DNA of 64,000 nucleotides from an uncultured bacterium (GCA_963819815.1 CAWFXL010000001.1:832001-896000), one strand, 5' to 3'; positions 40,956 to 51,983 are shown, counted from the stretch's first letter. Program-made: numbers and translations. Notes: generated from the letters alone by a model not told the origin.

Positions 40956-41271
40956 TAAAAAATAGGCTGTCGTACTCTTCATTATTCTTAGATGAAGCAA
41001 CTAGGTGCGAGCCTGGAAAGCAGAAAGTCTGAGTCCGTCCATACCTTCAGAATCTCTGAGAAGGGCACTATTCTATGAGTGGCGCTCCAAAAGAGTCGCT
41101 ACACGCAGGTCAAAGACGTTACCCTTTCTCCACCCTTCTGCATACTGTCATTACGAACAAAACTTTCATTATACTCCATTTATTCAAGCCTTTTGAAGAG
41201 CGCCTGCACACCTGCTATACTAAACAAATAATGACCTATATAGAATTATATAATCACAGTGAGAAGAATTC

Positions 41272-42549
41272 ATGCAAAAAGCATTTCTATTGCGCTCGTT
41301 TCTTCCAAGAATCTTGTGCATCACTCTTATGAGTACCCTCATCCTAAGTGTACAACCTGCCGACAAAGCAAAAACATTGGCTATTGCCCTGTCTAATGGA
41401 TTTTTTACCTACCATACCCTAAACAGTTTGCGCTCTCAACCAAGCAAAACAAAGTACGGTCTTGCGGCACTCGGTTGTGCTCTTGGCTATATAGGTGGTG
41501 ACTCTACACCTGAGCTTGCTCATGGATCCGTTGGCCATGGAGTTGGCATTACTGCCCATATTCTTGGTTCCCTCGCAGGCATGTTTCCCACACGTGCTCC
41601 CGGATCAATCCTTGATAATATAGGAATTTCTTTGCTTGATAACATAGGGGTCTTTTTAGGAGGAGTTCATGCAGGGGTATCATGTGCCGCACTCACCAAG
41701 AAACAGGTAAGTCTCCGAGTATATGATACGGTAACCCCGGGAGAATCGTCAGAACAAACTCCGCAGAAACCCTATACCTTTGCCAATCTGGCCGGTACCA
41801 TTCCTCAAGATATCCGTGAAGTAACTGACTTCATCGCCCAAAGTGACAAATATCGTGCCGTAGGGGCCCATATGCCAAAAGGCATCCTTCTTGTCGGCCC
41901 TCCAGGAACAGGTAAAACTTCTATTGCCCGTGCTATAGCTGGTGAGGTCAATGCAAAATTCATCGCCACAACGGCCAATCGTTTTATTGGTAAATATGCT
42001 GGGCAAGGACCTCAGAGCATACAAGAGCTATTTGACGAAGCTCGTGCTGCTATTAAAGATAGCGCTTATCAAAAAGCGATTATTTTTATTGATGAATTCG
42101 ACGCAATTGGATGTAAACGCAGTAGCAACGTTGAAAGTGGTTATGCGATGGAATACCGTGCTACGATAAATGAACTCCTTAATCAGCTAGATGGATTTAA
42201 ACAAGACGATGATATCTTCGTCATTGCCGCAACAAATCGCCACCAGGATTTAGATCCTGCGCTGATTCGTGCAGGCAGATTCGATCGAATAGTAACGGTA
42301 CCACTTCCTGATGAACAAAGCCGAGAAGCTATCCTGCGTCTCCATGCTGCAAAAATCAAAACTGATGGAAATCTTAATTTCGGAATCCTTGCCCAAAAAA
42401 CTCGGGGACTCACCTGTGCTGATCTTGCAAACATTATCAATGAAGCAGCTATTCATGCAGTTCGTGAAGATAAGACGCTGGTTACTCAGACGCATTTTGA
42501 AAAGGTTTTTCAATCAAGTGAAAAATATCGCAGTAGATTGGGTTCTTGA
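41272..42549 (+). CDS. FtsH/CDC48-like AAA ATPase without a protease domain
   Basis: PKGILLVGPPGTGKT, IFIDEFD, AATNR..LDPALIRAGRFD; Gly-rich hydrophobic N-terminal region. Confidence 0.88.
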   Translation: MQKAFLLRSFLPRILCITLMSTLILSVQPADKAKTLAIALSNGFFTYHTLNSLRSQPSKTKYGLAALGCALGYIGGDSTPELAHGSVGHGVGITAHILGSLAGMFPTRAPGSILDNIGISLLDNIGVFLGGVHAGVSCAALTKKQVSLRVYDTVTPGESSEQTPQKPYTFANLAGTIPQDIREVTDFIAQSDKYRAVGAHMPKGILLVGPPGTGKTSIARAIAGEVNAKFIATTANRFIGKYAGQGPQSIQELFDEARAAIKDSAYQKAIIFIDEFDAIGCKRSSNVESGYAMEYRATINELLNQLDGFKQDDDIFVIAATNRHQDLDPALIRAGRFDRIVTVPLPDEQSREAILRLHAAKIKTDGNLNFGILAQKTRGLTCADLANIINEAAIHAVREDKTLVTQTHFEKVFQSSEKYRSRLGS

Positions 42550-42673
42550 AGAAGAATGCTGTAGATGTCCAGGAAGTGAGAAAATTACTCATGTACCCGC
42601 GACTTGACAATTTCTGCCTAATTCAGGAAGATCTAAGCTAGTAGCACTGAGTTACAAGAAAATTGAGGGGAAA

Positions 42674-44044
42674 ATGTCAACTTGGCTGAAACAATGGTGC
42701 ACACTGGGATTGGTGTTTTCAGTGATGACAACCTCTGTCACATCACTATCAACAGCTTCTATTGTACTTCCTCGTAGCCTTGAAAACGAGTCTTTTCTCG
42801 ATTCACCTATAACGAGAGACCTGCTTGATGAGGATATGGTTCTAGATGCTCTTTCTTATGGACCTAAAGCGATACAAGCGATTATTGAGGGCTTCCAGTC
42901 AGGATCTAAATTAGTAGGCAAGCATTGGTTAAAAACTGTGACGCTACTTCTTCTTGCACTTCAAAATCAAGGTAGCTTAATCACCATATCTGGAGCAACA
43001 GCATTATCCGTAACCAATAGCAATCAAGTTTTAACAGGCAATGGCTCAGCTGTGGCCCTTCTACCGATGAGCATTAGTGGGAATGCTATAGGAGATCGCG
43101 GTTCTAATAGCAATGCAACATTGGTGCTCAGAGATAAAAATTCCGGTAATATTAGCAGCAGCTGCGATGCGGGACAGACCCAAACATTTTCCAATGGTGT
43201 TTGGAATTCTTTCGGAATTACTGTTCTTGTTAACAACTTACTAGGATGTATTACCGTCACCCCAGCTCCCGGTTATCTTGACACTACTATGTATATCGAC
43301 TCTACCTTCATTGATTATATAGATTATTACCCAACGGAAAGCGTAGAGGGCACAATCGAGATTAATCCACCTATGACTAGCATTCCTAGTAACCCTATAC
43401 AAACTCCACCTTCAACGAAAATAGTTTCTTCAACAGTAACTTCTGAAAATTCTGGCGTATCTTTAACTACCCAAGCTGTATCACCAACAAATTCAGAGAA
43501 TAGCTCAAGTAATGCGAACGCCTCTCTAACAACTCAATCTCCATCTAATGTAAGTCATACCGTAGCAACATTACTTTCTAATTCCAATCAAAATACTACC
43601 AATGGCACCAATGATTCAAATAATGATACTATAGCGACCCCGAGTATAGTTCATGGGACAACAACTAGCACACATGGGTCAACAGACACTTCATCATTTC
43701 CTCTCATACTATCTACCAGCAAACCTCCATATGCTATTATTGGGGGTACAGTGGGTGGCGGACTGCTTTTATGTAGTCTTATAGCTGGGATTGCAGCATT
43801 CGTGCATGGCTGGTGCGGCATGCACAAGGAATCCTCCCCTGCCGAAGTGCATGACCATGAATTACAAACCCAACATTGTGTTCCAGATGAAGGTAGATCA
43901 AACTACGCTCTAATTGTAGTAGCTCAACCCCAAAAACCCATTAAATCTGATTACACGGGCCTGCCAGAAGCTTCGATCAGATCTCAATATGATCTGACTC
44001 CTCAGGCAAATCTTGGTTCGAAGGTTTGCCTGCAGCTGCAATGA
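42674..44044 (+). CDS. Receptor-like single-pass membrane protein, paralog 1
   Basis: Signal peptide; S/T-rich stalk; TM PPYAIIGGTVGGGLLLCSLIAG; Tyr-motif tail. Confidence 0.8.
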   Translation: MSTWLKQWCTLGLVFSVMTTSVTSLSTASIVLPRSLENESFLDSPITRDLLDEDMVLDALSYGPKAIQAIIEGFQSGSKLVGKHWLKTVTLLLLALQNQGSLITISGATALSVTNSNQVLTGNGSAVALLPMSISGNAIGDRGSNSNATLVLRDKNSGNISSSCDAGQTQTFSNGVWNSFGITVLVNNLLGCITVTPAPGYLDTTMYIDSTFIDYIDYYPTESVEGTIEINPPMTSIPSNPIQTPPSTKIVSSTVTSENSGVSLTTQAVSPTNSENSSSNANASLTTQSPSNVSHTVATLLSNSNQNTTNGTNDSNNDTIATPSIVHGTTTSTHGSTDTSSFPLILSTSKPPYAIIGGTVGGGLLLCSLIAGIAAFVHGWCGMHKESSPAEVHDHELQTQHCVPDEGRSNYALIVVAQPQKPIKSDYTGLPEASIRSQYDLTPQANLGSKVCLQLQ

Positions 44045-44503
44045 GAGCCTGACCAACCCCTCACATAATACCTATCAGTATGAACCTCTGATATTATAGG
44101 AAACCGCAGATGGATTTATTCTAGTTTGTGGCATTTATGCAGAGGTGGCATAAGCAAGAAATCATCCTTCTATTCAAGCGCATGATCATAAGTTCGGTAT
44201 CCTCCATGAGTATTCTAAGTGCGCCTTGGCCAGGCTTACAGTCCTCCCTATTCTGAGTACGAAGGGCTAGGGGTAGGGCAGAATTCCTTGCAATTCGCAA
44301 TGAGAAGGATGCTAGTCTTGCAGCTGTATTGAAAAACATTTCGATCAAACGATAAATTCCTCAATAAATCGAGCTATTGAAGAATGCTGTTGGCGAAAAA
44401 CCCCAACCAGTGATAGAATTGCTCTTAAGGAAATGACAAGGGCTTGACAATTTCTGAAAAATAAATATTATAGAATATAGTTAGTAGAAAATTGAGGAAA
44501 AAA

Positions 44504-45933
44504 ATGACAAATTGGTTGAAAGAATGGTACGTGGTAGGGATGATGTTTATTGTGATGGCAACCTCTGTCACATCAACATCAGCAGCTTCTATTGAGCTTC
44601 CTCGCAACCTTGAAAGTGAGTCTTATCAGGCAAAGTCACAAGCTACTCCAAAAATTGTAGCTAAAAAGATGGCCTCGCAAAAAGCTTCAACCCGCAAAGT
44701 TGCACCAAAAAAAGTAAAAAACCCTAAACATCAACCTACAAGCAATGATTTGATGGAGGATACTATCTCTCCAGATACTCTTTCTTATGGAGCCAAAACT
44801 CTACAATCCCTTTTGGTACTCTACAAGTCTGGGTTAAAAATAGTGAAACCAGTATTAAAATTTGTGCGAAAGCACCCGGGAAAAGCGCTAACAATTGCTC
44901 TTGCATTGCAAAGTAAGGAATCCTCAAACAGAGCACCTGGTGCAACAGCGTTATCAGTAACAAATATTAATCAAAACATAACATCCAATAGTACAGTTGT
45001 GCCCCTTTTACCTATGACTATTAGTGGAACTGTTAATCCTACCACTGGTCTTCCAACCTGTAATGCAACAATAAGACTTGGTGATATAAATTCTGGTAAT
45101 ATTACCAGCGCTGGAACTGGACTTCCCCAAACATTTTTTGATGGGGTATGGGATTCTTATGGATATACACCTGTGTTAAGCACCATATTAGAAAGTATTT
45201 TAGTCACACGAGCTATTCGTTATCTTAATACGACAATTTATGCCTATCTTACTGTAATCGATTTAGGCGCTACGCCAAATACTATGGTACAAGGAATTAT
45301 CCAAATTAATCCATCCATATTAACATACCAAGCATCTCAGTAACGAATCAACCTTCATCGGCAATAAACACAGGAACAAGTATTTACTATATGCCAGATA
45401 CTGCACCCACTATTATCGACACCACTCCAGCAGCTCTAGCAATTCTCCAACAACCCAATCTTCATCAGTCGTCAGCAGCCCAGTACCAACCCCACTTCCA
45501 AATACCAATCAGAGCTTAACCGGCTCTGTAAATAGTACGGACGCTACCGCTATACCCACATCAAATACTCAAGGAACAACAACATCAAACATGTCCGATA
45601 CTTCATCAATCCCTTTTATAAGTCCCTACCAGCAAACCCCCCTATGCTATTATTGGGGGTGCAGTAGGTGGCGGATTGGCTTTATGTAGCATTATAGCTG
45701 GGGTTGTGGCATTTGTGCGTGGATGGTGCGGCATGCACAACCAGGCCTCATCAGCTGACGAGGAAGATCAAGAATCAGGTGTCCAACGTTCTTCAGATGA
45801 AGTTAGATCAGCTGACTATGCCCTAATTATAGTAGCTCCGTCTCAAAAACCCAAAGAATCTGGGTACCAAGACTTGCCAGAAGCTACAACAAAACCTCAG
45901 TTCTACGAATCGGTTAACCAACCTCTCGCATAA
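44504..45933 (+). pseudogene. Receptor-like membrane protein, paralog 2, with about three frameshifts (near 45317, 45433, 45620)
   Basis: Homology to paralogs continues across frames (NIPSISVTNQ / SSNSPTTQS / TSKPPYAIIGG). Confidence 0.72.
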
Positions 45934-46265
45934 TTCCGTCAGCACGACCTCCCAAAACTCTCCGGAAAGTCATCTAAAGTAGCTCATGCATCCTTACTGC
46001 GATGCTGATACATGGTGAAAATAGATGAATGTGCAGTGTCACTTAAGATATAATCGGTCAAGGTTCGGAACGGCAACAAAAGAAAGCCTCTTCTTTTAAA
46101 TTAATACAGATCTATACAATCTTTTCACTCTTGAGAAAGTCTTGTATCTATTGTGCCGTAACCTTGATTATCAAAACTATTGCATTCGAAATTTTCTTTA
46201 GAGTATCCTAAAAAGTAACTGGGGAGTAAGCCCAGAAAAACAAAACTTTGCAAGGGGGAAATCCT

Positions 46266-48023
46266 ATGAAGTTCGTATCTAAATGCCTTGTGTTATTCGC
46301 AACCCTTATACTTCTCGCACCCGTGTTAGCAAAATCTGACAAGCACTGTCATGAAGAAGTCGTAAAATTTGTCCAAGCCACTGCCTCACCAAACGGTAAC
46401 GGTTCTAAAAAACATCCCTTTGCAACACTTGCGGCTGCAGCCCTTGCCACATGGGATGTACTCATTGTGCTTCCTTCAACAAAGGCACTCGAGGGCGGTT
46501 TAACTCTCAAGCCAGGACAAAAAATCATAGGGTCTTGTGATCCAACAGATATCTCTTTATCTCCAGCACAACCTATCATTACGACATCAAGCACAAGCCC
46601 AAACAATGGTGTCGGCATTACAGCTACTGGTGATAATGTCATTAAGAATCTCTATTTTCAAAACACCTGGTCTTCTGCTATCAATTACGATAACGCAACG
46701 AACCTGACCATACAGGATTGCCTTATTACCGGTCATAACCAAGGAAGCACCGTCATTACAACAGGTTTTTTTACAGGTGCTCTCGTAGGTGGAATACAAG
46801 GCCAATGCTCACAATCTGGAGAAACCCGTATTGAGCATGTAATTATTCGTAACAATCATGCAGGACCTGGAATTCAAGATTTGCCAGTAAACCCTGCTCA
46901 TCGTGAGTTAACAGTATGTAAGTGCGAGCTTGCTCAACTTAATACAACTGGCATCTTATCTGATCCTGTAGGTAGCACCACTACAGTCTTTTCTTCGGTT
47001 GTTGTTAAGGATTCATATTTGCATGATTTCATTGGAAATACCGGAATTGGATTCTTATGTTTCCCCCATAATGGAAGTGTTCAGACAGTTCTCATAAAAG
47101 ATTCAGCCTTTTCTAATATTAATGATTCTAATATCGAAGCCGGTCCAGCTTTTTTTACCACCAACGCAGGGCCTTCACCAGAGCTAAAAATAGAAATTGA
47201 TGGATGCTCATTTGAAAGCAGCACCAGTGTTGCTATAACAATATTCAATAACAACTCTTCACAAAGCGAAGCAATTGTAACAAACTCCACAAGTAATGTG
47301 AGTACTTTTTTCCTGTCACAAGTATTCGATAATGGCATACAACAAAACAGGCTCTGTGGTAACACCGTTACCGGTGTTACTTTCTACGAAGCACAAGCAT
47401 CGCATTCTGTAGTAGCTCTGCCAATGCCGGTAGAAATTACTGAAATCATCGGTAACTGCTTTACTGGAAATATTGGCATCGAACTCTTGCCACTCATAAA
47501 GTGGACCCTCCTTGATATTACTGCAGAATGTAATTGTTTCTACGGCTCTGGCACTAACAGTATTTTGTTTGATACCATAACTTCAACCCCTACGCCAGGG
47601 GCGTTTAATGGTCTCATTAATGCTCACGACAATACCTTCTCTGGTTTCACAACTGATATTAAAGACAATGGAAGCAATGTCAGTTACCTGGTAAGCAGAA
47701 ACTTCTGGGGTACACCTACGACAACTTGCTCAACCACAAGTTCTTGTCTACCATTCCAAACCTGTGACCATGGTTCTTGTCTCGGCCCAATAGTTGTTGC
47801 TCCAGCCCCTCCCTTCACGGGCTTTATTGATGCAAGTCACCCACTTGCAGTTTCTATTAAATGTCCACGCAACTGCTGCTTTTCAACATCTGGCAAGCTA
47901 ACAACACCTCCTCTTCCGCAAGCAATGCTCTCTACTGAAGAGAAGCTCCAAAAACTTGCAAGAATAAGCGAAAGCATCGAAAACAGATCTCATCAGCCAA
48001 CAGCTGTAGCAGTGGCTTCTTAA
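46266..48023 (+). CDS. Secreted beta-helix protein, paralog C
   Basis: Same architecture as 22543; GGGGG RBS. Confidence 0.82.
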   Translation: MKFVSKCLVLFATLILLAPVLAKSDKHCHEEVVKFVQATASPNGNGSKKHPFATLAAAALATWDVLIVLPSTKALEGGLTLKPGQKIIGSCDPTDISLSPAQPIITTSSTSPNNGVGITATGDNVIKNLYFQNTWSSAINYDNATNLTIQDCLITGHNQGSTVITTGFFTGALVGGIQGQCSQSGETRIEHVIIRNNHAGPGIQDLPVNPAHRELTVCKCELAQLNTTGILSDPVGSTTTVFSSVVVKDSYLHDFIGNTGIGFLCFPHNGSVQTVLIKDSAFSNINDSNIEAGPAFFTTNAGPSPELKIEIDGCSFESSTSVAITIFNNNSSQSEAIVTNSTSNVSTFFLSQVFDNGIQQNRLCGNTVTGVTFYEAQASHSVVALPMPVEITEIIGNCFTGNIGIELLPLIKWTLLDITAECNCFYGSGTNSILFDTITSTPTPGAFNGLINAHDNTFSGFTTDIKDNGSNVSYLVSRNFWGTPTTTCSTTSSCLPFQTCDHGSCLGPIVVAPAPPFTGFIDASHPLAVSIKCPRNCCFSTSGKLTTPPLPQAMLSTEEKLQKLARISESIENRSHQPTAVAVAS

Positions 48024-48032
48024 AGCAATCAA

Positions 48033-48071
48033 GTTCCTACCTATGGTACAGTATGTATCATAGGTAGGAAC
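48033..48071. repeat. 3' palindrome, copy 3
   Basis: GTTCCTACCTATGGTACA-GTA-TGTATCATAGGTAGGAAC. Confidence 0.9.
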
Positions 48072-48253
48072 ATTGGCCAACTATTCAAGACCACCAAGCC
48101 TCCCAGCCTCCATTAAAAATAATTAGCATGACGTACCATCCACCTCTCTTGTGCTCACAGCACAAACTATTGCTTTCGGAATTTTCTTTAGAGTACCCTA
48201 AGAGTAACTGGGTAGTGAACCCAGAAATAAAACTTTACAAAGGGGGAAATCCT

Positions 48254-49915
48254 ATGAAGTTCGTATCTCAATCTCTGCTGTTACTCGTAACCCTTGCGCT
48301 TCTTGCACCTACGTTAGCACAAGCTGACGAGCGCTGTCCTAAGGAAATCGTAAAATATGTCAAAGCTAACGCCTCCCCCTATGGTGATGGTACCAAAAAA
48401 AATCCTTTCACAACACTCGCTGCTGCAGCGCTTGCTACGTGGGATGTACTCATTGTGCTTCCTTCAATAACAGCACTGGATGGAGGTATAACCCTCAAAC
48501 CAGGACAACAAATTATAGGGTCTTGTGATCCAACAGATTTCACGGGATCTACCACACAATCAATCATTACAAACTCTTCTTTAGCAACTAATAATGGAGT
48601 CGGTGTTACTGCTAATGGTGATAATGTCATTAAGAACATCTATTTTAAAGATACCTTCTCTTCTGCTATCAATTATGATAGCTCAACTAACCTGATCGTA
48701 CAGGATTGCCTCATTACCGGTCATAACAAAGGAAATGTCAAAATTCCCTCAGGTGGTCCTTTTGTAGGTTTACTCGTAGGAGGAATTCAGGGGCAATGCT
48801 CACAATCTGGCGAAGCTCTTATAGAACATGTTATTATTCGCAACAATAATGCGGGTCCTGGGATTCAAGATTTTCCAGTAAACCCTGCTCATCGGGAATT
48901 AATAGTATGCAAGTGCGAGTTTGCTCAACTTAATGCTAATGGTATCGCGTCTGACCCTGTAGGTGGTACTACCACTGCCTTTTCTTCCGTTGTTGTTAGA
49001 GATTCATATTTTCATGATTTTGTTGGAGTTGCCGGATTCGGATTCGTTTGTGCACCCCAGAATGGAAGCGTACAGACAGTTCTAATAAAGAATTCCTCCT
49101 TTTACAATATTGCTAGTTATAATATTGCGGGCAATCCTATATATGACATTACCAAGCCAGGGCCTTCACCAGAGCTAAAAATGGACATTGATTCCTGCTC
49201 ATTTGAAATTGGTACCGCTGCAGCTATTGGAATATTCAATAACAACTCAACAAAAAGCAAAGTAACTGTAACAAACTCAATCAGCAACAATGTTGCCACT
49301 TTTTTCCTATCACTAATAGATGATAACGCCATACAACGAAATAAGTTATGTGGCAACACGGTTACCGATGGTACTTTCTACCTTGCAGAAGCCTTTCATC
49401 TTAATACCTCTGCCGCCAAGCCTGTAGAAATCACTGAAATCATAGGTAACTGCTTTACTGGATCTATAGGTATCGAGCTCAATGCATCCCTTATTAATTC
49501 CATACCTTGGACTTTCCTTGATATTACTGCAGAAGGTAATTGTTTCTTCGGCTCTGGCTCTAACAGTATTTTGTTTGAGACCATAACTTCAACCCCCACC
49601 CCAGGGGCGTTTAATGGTCTCATCAATGCCCATGACAATACCTTCTCCGGTTTCACAACTGATATTAAAGACAATGGAAGCAATGTCAGTTACCTGGTAG
49701 GCAAAAACTTCTGGGGTACACCTACGAAGGCTTGCACAAGCACAAGTATGTGTGGTCAATACCAAATCTGTCAAAATGGAATGTGTTTTGGACCAACAGT
49801 ATCTCTCCCTACAACACCTCCTCTGTTCATCGGCTATATAGATGCAAGCCATCCACTTACAGAGTCTATTGCATGTCCCTGCAACTGTCGCTTTCCAGCA
49901 TCTGGCACGCCCTAA
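48254..49915 (+). CDS. Secreted beta-helix protein, paralog D (C-terminal tail shortened)
   Basis: Start re-set to MKFVSQ; the remnant of the family terminus (KAVAS*) lies just after the stop. Confidence 0.82.
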   Translation: MKFVSQSLLLLVTLALLAPTLAQADERCPKEIVKYVKANASPYGDGTKKNPFTTLAAAALATWDVLIVLPSITALDGGITLKPGQQIIGSCDPTDFTGSTTQSIITNSSLATNNGVGVTANGDNVIKNIYFKDTFSSAINYDSSTNLIVQDCLITGHNKGNVKIPSGGPFVGLLVGGIQGQCSQSGEALIEHVIIRNNNAGPGIQDFPVNPAHRELIVCKCEFAQLNANGIASDPVGGTTTAFSSVVVRDSYFHDFVGVAGFGFVCAPQNGSVQTVLIKNSSFYNIASYNIAGNPIYDITKPGPSPELKMDIDSCSFEIGTAAAIGIFNNNSTKSKVTVTNSISNNVATFFLSLIDDNAIQRNKLCGNTVTDGTFYLAEAFHLNTSAAKPVEITEIIGNCFTGSIGIELNASLINSIPWTFLDITAEGNCFFGSGSNSILFETITSTPTPGAFNGLINAHDNTFSGFTTDIKDNGSNVSYLVGKNFWGTPTKACTSTSMCGQYQICQNGMCFGPTVSLPTTPPLFIGYIDASHPLTESIACPCNCRFPASGTP

Positions 49916-49948
49916 GGAGTAACGGTAAAAGCTGTAGCTTCGTAAAAA

Positions 49949-49999
49949 CAATGCAGTCCTGCCTATGATACATACTGTATCATAGGCAGGACTGCATTG
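49949..49999. repeat. 3' palindrome, copy 4 (24-bp perfect stem)
   Basis: CAATGCAGTCCTGCCTATGATACA-TAC-TGTATCATAGGCAGGACTGCATTG. Confidence 0.92.
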
Positions 50000-50184
50000 G
50001 CCATAGAGACCTACCCAGCATCACCAAACCTCTTTTCCTGCGCTTAAGATACTCAGCGTGGCGTTCATTACCTTCTCTTGAACTATCAGCACTAACTATT
50101 GCTTTGGGAATTTTCTTTGGAGTACCCTAAGTATAACTGGGGAGTGAAACCAGAAAAATAAAACTTTACAAAGGGGGAAATCCT

Positions 50185-51972
50185 ATGAAGTTCGTATCTT
50201 ATTCTTTCGTGTTACTCACAAGTCTCACGATTTTCGCACCTGCGTTAGCAAAATCTGTTAAGCATGGTCATGAAGAAGTTGTAAAATTTGTTCAAGCCAC
50301 TGCCGCGCCAAAAGGTAATGGTTCCGAAAAACACCCTTTTGCATCACTCGCTGCTGCAGCACTTGCTCCATGGGATATACTCATAGTGCTTCCTTCAACA
50401 ATGGCGCTTGATGGCGGAATAACTCTCAAGTCAGGACAGAAAATCATCGGAGCTTGTGATCCAACAGATATCTCTGTTTCTCCAGCACAACCGATCATTA
50501 CAAACTTGAATGGTACTCTAAATAATGGGGTCGGTGTTATTGCTACAGGCAATAATGTCATTAAGAACATCTATTTTCAAAACACCTATTCTTCTTCTAT
50601 TAACTACGATAACGCAACGAACCTGACCATACAGGATTGCCTCATCACCGGCCATAATCAAGGAAATGTCACCCTTACACATGGTCATTTTGCCGGAAAC
50701 TTGGTAGGGGGGATACAAGGTCAATGCTCACAATCGGGAGAAACTCTTATAGATCATGTCATTATTCGGAGCAATACTGCAGGACCTGGAATTCAAGACT
50801 TGCCAGTAAGTCCTGCTCATAGGCAATTAACCGTATGCAATTGCGAGCTTGCTCAACTTAATGATCGTGGTATCATCTCTGCTCCGCTAGGTAGCAGCAC
50901 TAGTACTGCCGTTTCTGACGTGGTTGTTAAAGATTCCCATCTGCATGATTTTATATCGAGTACTACGGGAGTTGGATTCGGTTGTAACCCCCTTAATGGA
51001 AGCCTTCAGACAGTTCTGATAAAGAATTCAGTTTTTAACAACATTTCTTTTTTTAATATTGAAGGCGTACCATTTCATGATATCAGCATCTCAGGACCCT
51101 CACCAGAGCTAAAAATAGAAATTGATTCCTGCTTATTTGAAAACAGTACCAGTATTGCTATACAAATAATCAATGACAATGTAGCAAAAAGCGAAGCTCT
51201 TGCAACAAACTCAACCAGCAACAATGTTGCTGCCTTTTTTGGGTCATTAATACTTGATAACGGAGTGCAAAGAAATAGACTCTGTGGCAACACGGTGACT
51301 GGAGGAGTTTTCTATTTAGCAGAAACAGACACTAACCAAGAGCAACCTTCGCAAGCAATGCCTGTGGAAATAACCGAACTCATAGGTAATTGCTTTTCTG
51401 GATCATTCGGCATCGTACTCGACCCAAAAATACCTTGGACTCCTCTCCTTGATATTACTGCTGAATGTAATTGTTTCTACGGTACTGGTACTTCAAGCAT
51501 TTGTTTTGCTACAGATACTCTAAACTTGCAAGCTAGTGCTAGTCCGCTTAATGGGTTCATTAATGCCCATGAAAATACCTTTTCCGGTTTCACCGCTGAC
51601 ATTGAAGACAGCGGAAGCAGCATCAGCTACTTGCTAAGCAAAAACTTTTGGGGTCAACCTACGACCTCTTGCGCAGCAACGAGTCCCTGCCTTCCTTACC
51701 AAACCTGTGAAAAAGGTGCATGCCTCGGACCAATAGTAATTCTCCCTACAACTCCTCCGTTGTTTGCTGGGTACATTGATGCAAGTCACCCACTTGCAGC
51801 TTCTATCGCATGTCCTCGCAACTGCTGCTTTTCAACATCTGGTACCTCAAACCCATCGCCTACCCTACAAGCAAGACTCTCTCCTGAAGGTAGGCATCAG
51901 AAGCTTGAAAGAATACAAAAAAGCATCCGGAGCATATCTCCTGAGCCAACTGAAGCAGCTGTAGTTTCATAA
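50185..51972 (+). CDS. Secreted beta-helix protein, paralog E
   Basis: Same architecture as paralogs C and D. Confidence 0.82.
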   Translation: MKFVSYSFVLLTSLTIFAPALAKSVKHGHEEVVKFVQATAAPKGNGSEKHPFASLAAAALAPWDILIVLPSTMALDGGITLKSGQKIIGACDPTDISVSPAQPIITNLNGTLNNGVGVIATGNNVIKNIYFQNTYSSSINYDNATNLTIQDCLITGHNQGNVTLTHGHFAGNLVGGIQGQCSQSGETLIDHVIIRSNTAGPGIQDLPVSPAHRQLTVCNCELAQLNDRGIISAPLGSSTSTAVSDVVVKDSHLHDFISSTTGVGFGCNPLNGSLQTVLIKNSVFNNISFFNIEGVPFHDISISGPSPELKIEIDSCLFENSTSIAIQIINDNVAKSEALATNSTSNNVAAFFGSLILDNGVQRNRLCGNTVTGGVFYLAETDTNQEQPSQAMPVEITELIGNCFSGSFGIVLDPKIPWTPLLDITAECNCFYGTGTSSICFATDTLNLQASASPLNGFINAHENTFSGFTADIEDSGSSISYLLSKNFWGQPTTSCAATSPCLPYQTCEKGACLGPIVILPTTPPLFAGYIDASHPLAASIACPRNCCFSTSGTSNPSPTLQARLSPEGRHQKLERIQKSIRSISPEPTEAAVVS

Positions 51973-51983
51973 AAGCAAGTAAG

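Noticed and set aside
44121..44430. 75-aa minus-strand ORF and a possible ankyrin remnant (..VIELLLRK) on the plus strand
   Set aside because: No RBS, and too fragmentary to support a call.
46349..51293. Repeated antisense ORFs inside the beta-helix genes
   Set aside because: They mirror the conserved sense genes and have no independent signals.
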